Shown: piece after piece, positions 57,355-64,000 of the stretch
How the letters are laid out: each line of letters starts with the position of its first letter
Numbering within the stretch: the first letter of the stretch is position 1
Source of the DNA: Pseudomonadota bacterium
GTDB taxonomy: Bacteria; UBA10199; 2-02-FULL-44-16; DYJF01
DNA: 64,000 nt
Reading direction: 5' to 3'
NCBI GenBank assembly: GCA_043823065.1
Contig: JBDRBB010000010.1
Span: forward strand, 192,001-256,000
The notes under the pieces: generated by a model
What the model was told of the DNA's origin: nothing
The model's database searches: none
What the model saw: only the letters and a program-made list of their open reading frames with translations
Translations under genes and position numbers: made by a program

Positions 57355-58523
57355 TATTGGTCTCCCCTTTCACGTTGATAGGCTTCAGACCAGACAAGGC
57401 TTAGCCCCAAACCACCAGTTAACATATGTATTGCTCCGCCCCCTACACTGTTATTAATAGCTTGCATTCTGGTATAGCGAGCAGAAAGTTCCAAGTTAAG
57501 GCTAAATCTTGAACTAATTTGAAGCAGCCAACCTAGTCCTAATTGAGCCATGAATGAACCAACCAATCTACTAGGTGTTGGACTGCTTTCGTCAATCTCA
57601 TTTACAGGTTCCTGAACACCAAGAGCACCACCTGTTTCAAAAAGTAAATAAAGGTCATCTTGATAGATTGGTAACATTAGTCCAGAACGGATTAAGCCTT
57701 CGTACCTGATAAAAGAACGGCCATCATCAAGACCAAGATAATTTGCCGACATGCCTGCGGCAAAATAAACTGGGTGCCACAGCCGTCCACTTCTTAAAGT
57801 AGTGGGCTCATTATCAAGGTAAAAACGCACTGCAAATTCACCTCCAGTATGCCAGGTTACTAGACTTGGGCCCCAAAGTGAGCCCAGATTGTAGCCCCCA
57901 AGTCCTGTAAATGTGGCCTGTATTCCATAGGGGTAATTAGCAGGTGCCTGCTCTGGGGTTGTGGTAGGAGTTTCATTAGCTTCAGCAGGTTGGTCTGGCC
58001 AATTCATTTCTGGCAAAGTAGCTTCTTCAGAATTAGCGCAAATCTGGCTAATTCTAATTATTCCTGCTCTTAACGCTTCAGGGATATAACTATCACTACA
58101 TTGAGCAAAATTAGGTGCAATAGTTCTAGTGTCAAAATCTTCTTGATTGGCTAAGGTGAGATTACCCCTGCACTGTGCTTCTAGAAAAAATGCGTAATTT
58201 CTGTCTGCCTCACAAGCATTTCCCAGCTCTTGATAAGAGCGAGCCAGATATTGAAAATAGATCGGTGTTGGATAATGTTCATTGGCAAATTCAAGTAATC
58301 TAATAGTTAATGTATAATTTCTTTCTTCAAATAAGCTTCTTCCTATCTGGCCAAGCCTTAAAACAATTTCTTGATCAGTAGCACAGCTTTCCTGAAGTAA
58401 TAAAAGCAGGCCATCAAAATTCTCGGCTCTTACTAAAGTTACAAGTTGAGGTGTGATGTTTTGGCAAACTTGGGTGCTTCTTTCCGCACTGCTTGGAATT
58501 CTAATTTCACCACTGCTTATCAT
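57354..58523 (-). CDS. Lysine-free protein with an N-terminal TPR and a probable C-terminal beta-barrel
   Basis: 389 aa with 0 Lys; YLARSYQELGN..EA..NY..FL; amphipathic strands (QLGLGWLL, FSLNLELSARY, GGLGLSLVW); GGAGG RBS; no signal peptide. Confidence 0.7.
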   Translation of the reverse strand: MISSGEIRIPSSAERSTQVCQNITPQLVTLVRAENFDGLLLLLQESCATDQEIVLRLGQIGRSLFEERNYTLTIRLLEFANEHYPTPIYFQYLARSYQELGNACEADRNYAFFLEAQCRGNLTLANQEDFDTRTIAPNFAQCSDSYIPEALRAGIIRISQICANSEEATLPEMNWPDQPAEANETPTTTPEQAPANYPYGIQATFTGLGGYNLGSLWGPSLVTWHTGGEFAVRFYLDNEPTTLRSGRLWHPVYFAAGMSANYLGLDDGRSFIRYEGLIRSGLMLPIYQDDLYLLFETGGALGVQEPVNEIDESSPTPSRLVGSFMAQLGLGWLLQISSRFSLNLELSARYTRMQAINNSVGGGAIHMLTGGLGLSLVWSEAYQRERGDQ

Positions 58524-58544
58524 AATTTTATTTCCTCCAAAAAC

Positions 58545-58569
58545 AAAAAGGGGGAGCTTAAAGCCCCCC
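58545..58569 (-). terminator. Terminator-like hairpin directly before the RBS of 57354..58523
   Basis: Minus strand GGGGGGCTTTAAGCTCCCCCTTTTT. Confidence 0.55.
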
Positions 58570-58609
58570 AGACCTTAATTAAAATAATTGTCTAAATAAT
58601 ACTAAAAAA

Positions 58610-60283
58610 CTATCTTAAAATATTGCTATAAACATTGTTGTTTTGAATCCAAACAACAATGGCATTGCCATTAGTATCCATGGCTACTTGAGGTGAAGCT
58701 GAAAGACCATCCCCTGCATTATCAATGGTACTTGCTGCACTCCAAGAATTATTATTAACATTAAATCTTCCCTGCCAAATACGGGAATCCATAACCCAAA
58801 CTGCAATGGCATTGCCAGCAGCATCAATGGCTATTTGAGGGTTTTGGGCAGGAGGAACAGAACCATCATCAATATTGGTGGCAGCTACAGCAGGATTGAA
58901 AACTTGAGCTCGTACTCTTAAGCCTTGTTCAAAAACTACAATTGCTTGGCCATTATTGTTCATTGCAACTTGAGGCAGATCATTGGTGCCAGAGTCGCTA
59001 ATTTGAGTAAAACCAGTCCAGACGCCATTAATATATGAATTATAGTAGAGATCGCCGTCTTGGACCCAAACCACAAAAGCATAGCCATCATCATTAACCG
59101 CAATTTGAGGGGAGCTAGCAGCAGCGAGTAAAGCTGGATTGCTAATGATATTGTTTAGTGCGTGGGCTGTTGTCCAAGTTCCGATATTATTGGAAAGGAT
59201 GTTTTGATAAACATGTCCATCTTCCACCCAAACTACAATTGAATTTCCAGCAGAATCCATACCCACTTGCGGACTGCTAGAATCTAAAACCACGCCAACA
59301 TCTATTGCTGTCGCATTTCCTGCAGTCCAGCCAGAACCACTAGCATCATAAAAATTAGCCCAAATACGTCCACCTCGTACCCAAACTCCAATGCCATCAT
59401 TGCCAGAGCTAGCAATTTGAGGTGTAGTTGTGTTACCAGCAGTAGCTTCAATATTGGTTGCTGGATTTCCTTCCCAGACTCCTTCTAAAACTTCAGCAAA
59501 AATATTGTCCAAACCGCGTCGCCAAACAGCTAAAACATTACCTGTGTTGCTTGCTACTATTTGAGGAACTGTGTGGTTAGCAGCAAAAAAATCCAACCAA
59601 TCAGCAGCATGGTTTACAGAATCATCTACTACATTAAATTGGCTGGCAAAGACGTGATCGTTGCCAAGAGTGTTTTCAGTCCAAATTAAACTGGCATTTG
59701 CACTATTATCAATAGCTACTTGCGGACTTTGGGCATTACCAGAATCATGATCTCTTTCAGCTGAACCTACCCAAGAACCTGTTCTAGTAGTAAAGCTCCA
59801 AGTATAATCTGCACCTAAGGCATTGCCTGCATCATCGGTGATTGCGCTGGAAACTCTTGCTGTATATTGTCTATTTAAGGCCAGTCTAGAAGTTGGGGCA
59901 AAATTTGCGGTATTAGCAGCATAGGTAACTGTTCCAGCTAGTAAGGTTCCGTTACGATCAGCAACCGTAAATGTTGTGGCGTTGATGCCATTTACATTTT
60001 CACTAAAAGTTATGGTTAGATTGGTTACAGCTTGATCATTGGAAATATCAGTTGCGTCATTAACCGGATTTGTAGCGGTTACAGTTGGTGCAATGGTGTC
60101 TCCGCTCCCCCCGCCAGCATCACCCTCGCCAGCATCACCGCCACCAGCATCACCCCCGCCAGTAACACTACCTGTGCCATCATCTGTGGTTTGGCTGCCG
60201 CTGCCGCAACCATAAAAAAAACTACAAGAGAGAGTTAAAGCTAGAAATAATACTAGTATAATTGAAAAAAATCTATTTTTCAT
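58610..60283 (-). CDS. Lipoprotein with a Big_5-like Ig domain and beta-propeller-type repeats; mature part lysine-free
   Basis: Signal with FYGC; DTIAPTVTATNP..ITFSE..D.AGN.L...YTWSFTT; 7 or more PQ[IV]A..GN..VW repeats; the only Lys is residue 2. Confidence 0.8.
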   Translation of the reverse strand: MKNRFFSIILVLFLALTLSCSFFYGCGSGSQTTDDGTGSVTGGGDAGGGDAGEGDAGGGSGDTIAPTVTATNPVNDATDISNDQAVTNLTITFSENVNGINATTFTVADRNGTLLAGTVTYAANTANFAPTSRLALNRQYTARVSSAITDDAGNALGADYTWSFTTRTGSWVGSAERDHDSGNAQSPQVAIDNSANASLIWTENTLGNDHVFASQFNVVDDSVNHAADWLDFFAANHTVPQIVASNTGNVLAVWRRGLDNIFAEVLEGVWEGNPATNIEATAGNTTTPQIASSGNDGIGVWVRGGRIWANFYDASGSGWTAGNATAIDVGVVLDSSSPQVGMDSAGNSIVVWVEDGHVYQNILSNNIGTWTTAHALNNIISNPALLAAASSPQIAVNDDGYAFVVWVQDGDLYYNSYINGVWTGFTQISDSGTNDLPQVAMNNNGQAIVVFEQGLRVRAQVFNPAVAATNIDDGSVPPAQNPQIAIDAAGNAIAVWVMDSRIWQGRFNVNNNSWSAASTIDNAGDGLSASPQVAMDTNGNAIVVWIQNNNVYSNILR

Positions 60284-60320
60284 ATTTTTCCCCCTTGTTT
60301 TTTGTTATTACTTATAAAAT

Positions 60321-60347
60321 TTATCGCTATTTACTTAAAAAAGTTGC
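60321..60347 (-). promoter_or_regulatory. Conserved promoter-like motif, copy 5
   Basis: GCAACTTTTTTAAGTAAATAGCGATAA, 37 nt upstream of ATG 60283. Confidence 0.7.
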
Positions 60348-60378
60348 GTATTTTTTTTAGATTCGGCATTGTTTTTTC

Positions 60379-60933
60379 ATGCTTGCAGCTCATCTAGCCC
60401 CAGCCTTGGTTGCCAAATCTTTACGCCCCAGTCTTAATTTGCCGTTGGCCATGGTTTTATGTTTATTGCCAGATATTGTTCACTCTTTGCTCATCTTGCT
60501 AAAAATCGAAAAATTACACCATGATAGCCGCTTTTCGCATACCTTGATATTAGTGTTTGGGTTGGCTGTTGTCACATTTCTTGGCTCTATTTTCTTTCAC
60601 GCAAATTTTACTAATAGTTGTATCTATGGTTTTTGCGTTATCTCCCATTTTTTATTTGATCTGGTAAATCGCTCCCAGATGAAGTTAACTCCTTGGGGTG
60701 GCCAAATGCCAGGAGTGGGTTTGCACCAAAAAGGAGCTACCAGGTTTCATAATTTAGCCTTTTTTATAGAGATTTTTTTGGTAATTAGCTCTGGAATTAT
60801 TTATGCAATTTCTAGGCTCTTACCAATTACAATTTTGTTTTTACTGCTTTTAAGTGAACTTGGCTACTATTATATTTACGCCCCAGTAATTGAAAATTCC
60901 TTGGCCAATTGGTGGCAAATTAAAAAGAATTAG
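60379..60933 (+). CDS. Membrane-bound metal-dependent hydrolase (YdjM-like)
   Basis: N-terminal H, LLPD, FSHT and SHFLFD, plus TM segments. Confidence 0.75.
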   Translation: MLAAHLAPALVAKSLRPSLNLPLAMVLCLLPDIVHSLLILLKIEKLHHDSRFSHTLILVFGLAVVTFLGSIFFHANFTNSCIYGFCVISHFLFDLVNRSQMKLTPWGGQMPGVGLHQKGATRFHNLAFFIEIFLVISSGIIYAISRLLPITILFLLLLSELGYYYIYAPVIENSLANWWQIKKN

Positions 60934-62386
60934 CAATCATCGCTAAAAGATCTGTAGGGAAAATGCCAAAATAGATTACACCCAAACCTACCAGAGTTAA
61001 GATTATTAGCATTGTCATAGGCAAAGGAGCCAAATCTTGGGTTTCTTTTTCAGAAATAAAATACATGACCACAATTGGCCGCAAATAATAATAAGCTGAA
61101 ATAGCAGTATTGATTAAGGCTGCCACCACTAACCAGACTAATCCAGATTTCATGGCTGTTAAAAATAAATAATATTTACCAAAAAAGCCGATTGTGGGCG
61201 GAACTCCTAGCAAGGAAAGCAAAAATAAAGAAAAACTAAGGGCCAAGATTGGTCGTTTCTTACCCAAACCTGCTAGATATTTTATGTCTAACTGATCTTT
61301 TTCACCCAAGTCCATTAAAGTAATTATGGTAAAAGCCCCAGCAGTCATTAGAACATAGGCGATAAAATAAAATGTTATAGCCTGAGCTGCTTCGCCAGGA
61401 TTTCGGGCTAGGGTAGAAAAACCAACCAATAAATAACCAGCATGTGCTATTGAAGAATAAGCCAGCATGCGTTTCAAATTATTTTGAGAAATAGCAGCAA
61501 TATTGCCAATCAGCATAGTGACTACACTTAAAACTGAAATGACTTGTAGCCAGATTACTCCTGCAGCTTGAAAAATAAATATAGAAATTTTCAAGAATGC
61601 GGCAAAAGAGGCAATTTTTACAGCTGTGGCCAGCAACGTGGTGATTGGTGTTGGCGCTCCTTCATAAACATCTGGCGCCCAAAAATGAAAAGGCACGCTA
61701 GCCAGCTTAAAGCCAAAACCAATTAACAGCAAAGCCATGCCAAACAAACAAAAATATTGATCCGGACTATTGATGATTGCCGGCAAGCGCTCTGAAAGTA
61801 GTTGCAGATTAGTGCTGCCACCACTGCCAAACAAGAAAGCAATGCCCATTAACAAAAAAGCAGAAGCAAAAATACCCATGAGGAAATATTTGAGAGTTGC
61901 TTCTGCAGTCAGAGCTTGGTGACGCAAGAAGCCAATAAGTGCATATAAAGAAATGGCCATGACCTCCAACCCCAAAAAAAACATTAACAAATCATTGCCG
62001 GCAATTAAACAACCCATGCCAAATACAGCAAAGAGGAGAAGTGCATAATATTCTGGCTTGAAATATTTTTTGGCTTTTAAATATGAAATTGAGAGTAGAA
62101 CAGAAATAACGCTGGCAAAAATTATGACTAACCAAACTAGAAAAGTATAACGATCGAAAATAAAAAAAGTAATATCCGTATTAAAATTTAAGAGCCAATT
62201 TTGCCAACTTAAGAAAAACGCTAGCATCAAAGCTGTTATGGAAATAGCTGGGCAAAGAATTGGATTTTGGTTTTTATAAAAAGCAGCCAGCAAGATAATT
62301 AAAATAGCTGCCCCAAAAATGACCAACAATGGTAAACCAAATTGAACTAGCCCAAAAAGATCTGATTGTTGAAAAGAAGATGACAT
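60920..62386 (-). CDS. nuoN: NADH-quinone oxidoreductase subunit N
   Basis: EA.LKYF..G, FKL..VPFHFWAPDVYEGAPTP and KRMLAYSSIAHAGY. Start placed at MSSSF. Confidence 0.95.
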   Translation of the reverse strand: MSSSFQQSDLFGLVQFGLPLLVIFGAAILIILLAAFYKNQNPILCPAISITALMLAFFLSWQNWLLNFNTDITFFIFDRYTFLVWLVIIFASVISVLLSISYLKAKKYFKPEYYALLLFAVFGMGCLIAGNDLLMFFLGLEVMAISLYALIGFLRHQALTAEATLKYFLMGIFASAFLLMGIAFLFGSGGSTNLQLLSERLPAIINSPDQYFCLFGMALLLIGFGFKLASVPFHFWAPDVYEGAPTPITTLLATAVKIASFAAFLKISIFIFQAAGVIWLQVISVLSVVTMLIGNIAAISQNNLKRMLAYSSIAHAGYLLVGFSTLARNPGEAAQAITFYFIAYVLMTAGAFTIITLMDLGEKDQLDIKYLAGLGKKRPILALSFSLFLLSLLGVPPTIGFFGKYYLFLTAMKSGLVWLVVAALINTAISAYYYLRPIVVMYFISEKETQDLAPLPMTMLIILTLVGLGVIYFGIFPTDLLAMIANSF

Positions 62387-62400
62387 ATAATTATTTTTAT

Positions 62401-62452
62401 TGTTCGAGTATAGTCGAGAACCAATTGAGTTCACTTCTCGACTGCGCTCGAA
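62401..62452. repeat. REP-like element family C
   Basis: TTCGAGTATAGTCGAGAA...TTCTCGACTGCGCTCGAA. Confidence 0.65.
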
Positions 62453-62454
62453 GA

Positions 62455-63957
62455 TTATTTTGCTGTGTTCTCATTGCCACTTGTTGCTCTGGTGGCAAAG
62501 CTAATAAAGTTATTGGTCGACTTTTCAATCTTCATCAACCAAGGTTTGGGCCATACGCCAATGCCAATAATCAAGATGATGATTGGCACTAGCACCCAAT
62601 ATTCCCGCATAGTTAAATCTGGCAACTTAAAGAAATTTTCATCTTTGAGTTTTCCTAAAAATACTCTTTGCACCAACCATAACATATAGATTGCTACCAG
62701 CACCACACCTGCCAGCGCAGTTAAGGCAAAAACTGGTTGGGTTTGAAAACTGCCGAGCAAAATCAAAAATTCTCCTACAAAATTGTTAAGCCCAGGCAGT
62801 CCTAGCGAGGATAAGGAAACAACAATAAAAAACACGCTAAGCATTGGCAAGGCGCGGGCAATTCCGCCAAAATCAGCAATTAATCTAGAGCCGCGCCTTT
62901 CATAAAGCATGCCCACCAGCAAGAACAATGCTCCAGTGGAAAGGCCATGATTAAACATTTGCAAGATAGCGCCTTTCACTGCTTCTGGCTCAAGGGCAAA
63001 TAAACCTAAAACTACAAAGCCCAAATGTGAAACTGAAGAATAGGCAATCAAGCGTTTCAGATCTGGTTGTACCATAGCTACTAAGGCGCCATAGATAATG
63101 CTAATCACAGCCAAGGTTAACATTAAAGGTGCAAAGGTGGCAGTGGCCAAAGGAAAAATAGGAATTCCCAGACGGTAGAAACCATAAACACCCATTTTCA
63201 AAAGTATGCCAGCCAAAATTACGCTACCTGCTGTTGGGGCATCGGTGTGCGCATCTGGCAGCCAGGTGTGCAAGGGAAAGATTGGAATCTTAATGCCAAA
63301 AGCTAAGCCAAAACCAATAAATAGCAGAAGTTGCTGACTGGCTGGGAAGGGGTGTGCATACCAACTAATGATATCAAAAGAGCCGCCAGTTAAACTTGCG
63401 CCATAAAGAATAGCAGCCAGCATAATTACACTGCCGAGCATGGTGTAAATAAAAAATTTCAGAGCAGAACGCACTGGTTTTCCATTTCCCCAAATGCCAA
63501 TCAAAAAATACATGGGGATTAGAACCACTTCCCAAAAGATATAGAATAAGAATAAATCAAGCGCGGAAAAAACGCCTAACAAACCACATTCCAGGGCTAG
63601 AATTAAAATATAAAATGCTTTAACCTGTTTTTGAATTTCATTCCACGAGCTCAAGATAGCAATTGGCACTAACAGGGCGGTGAGCAAAACCATTAGCAAA
63701 GACACGCCGTCCAAGCCTATTCGATAGTAGATATTTAAACTAGGAATCCATTTGATAATTTCCGCAAATTCAAATTCACCAGTATTGGCAAAATCAAACC
63801 AGAGTTTGGCTGCCAACATTGCCACCACCAAGCTAGTGGTTAAGGCAATAATGCGGATTACCTCTTTTAGGCACGAAGGAATAAACGCTAGTAGAATAAT
63901 CCCTAATAGGGGAAGAAATATAGTTATGGTTAGTATGTGTGTTCCAAAATAATGCAT
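62455..63957 (-). CDS. nuoM: NADH-quinone oxidoreductase subunit M
   Basis: FYIFWE, PLHTWLPDAH..APT, LLKMG.YG, KRLIAYSSVSH and GLPGLNNFVGEF. Confidence 0.96.
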   Translation of the reverse strand: MHYFGTHILTITIFLPLLGIILLAFIPSCLKEVIRIIALTTSLVVAMLAAKLWFDFANTGEFEFAEIIKWIPSLNIYYRIGLDGVSLLMVLLTALLVPIAILSSWNEIQKQVKAFYILILALECGLLGVFSALDLFLFYIFWEVVLIPMYFLIGIWGNGKPVRSALKFFIYTMLGSVIMLAAILYGASLTGGSFDIISWYAHPFPASQQLLLFIGFGLAFGIKIPIFPLHTWLPDAHTDAPTAGSVILAGILLKMGVYGFYRLGIPIFPLATATFAPLMLTLAVISIIYGALVAMVQPDLKRLIAYSSVSHLGFVVLGLFALEPEAVKGAILQMFNHGLSTGALFLLVGMLYERRGSRLIADFGGIARALPMLSVFFIVVSLSSLGLPGLNNFVGEFLILLGSFQTQPVFALTALAGVVLVAIYMLWLVQRVFLGKLKDENFFKLPDLTMREYWVLVPIIILIIGIGVWPKPWLMKIEKSTNNFISFATRATSGNENTAK

Positions 63958-63961
63958 GGTT

Positions 63962-64000
63962 TAATATCTAAATTCTAATATCTAATTTCTAAACAAATTC
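63962..64000. repeat. Family E element, truncated by the window end
   Basis: ATATCTAAATTCTAATATCTAATTTCTAAACAAAT. Confidence 0.6.

Overview
AT-rich chromosomal segment of a Gram-negative bacterium. The gene set (Pal/CpoB, LolA, FtsK, PilZ, fused NuoCD) suggests an uncultured deltaproteobacterial-type lineage, but this is inference only. Housekeeping content: pal-cpoB, several metallo-beta-lactamase-fold hydrolases, a radical SAM enzyme, a YitJ-like methyltransferase/MTHFR fusion, a split complex I operon (nuoA-K on +, nuoMN on -, no nuoI visible), three tRNAs, lolA-ftsK and transporters. Main signal: seven orphan envelope or effector-like proteins in two loci (11940-27984 and 56074-60283) contain only about 7 lysines in 5908 residues by manual count, while neighbouring proteins are lysine-rich. 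The first gene of each unit is preceded by the same promoter-like motif, GCAACTTT-N13/14-CGAWAA (5 copies). The set includes a 2592-aa protein with a hydrophobic segment, a PPP-type phosphoesterase domain and a dead copy of it, two beta-barrel-like proteins without signal peptides, and lipoproteins. Second signal: a RAYT-like HUH transposase is bounded by long inverted repeats. Two 148-bp non-autonomous derivatives bracket an AAA+ ATPase gene, and an apparent empty target site lies nearby. At least six further palindromic repeat families are present, several inserted in frame into enzymes. All counts and alignments were done by eye, and no database searches were run.
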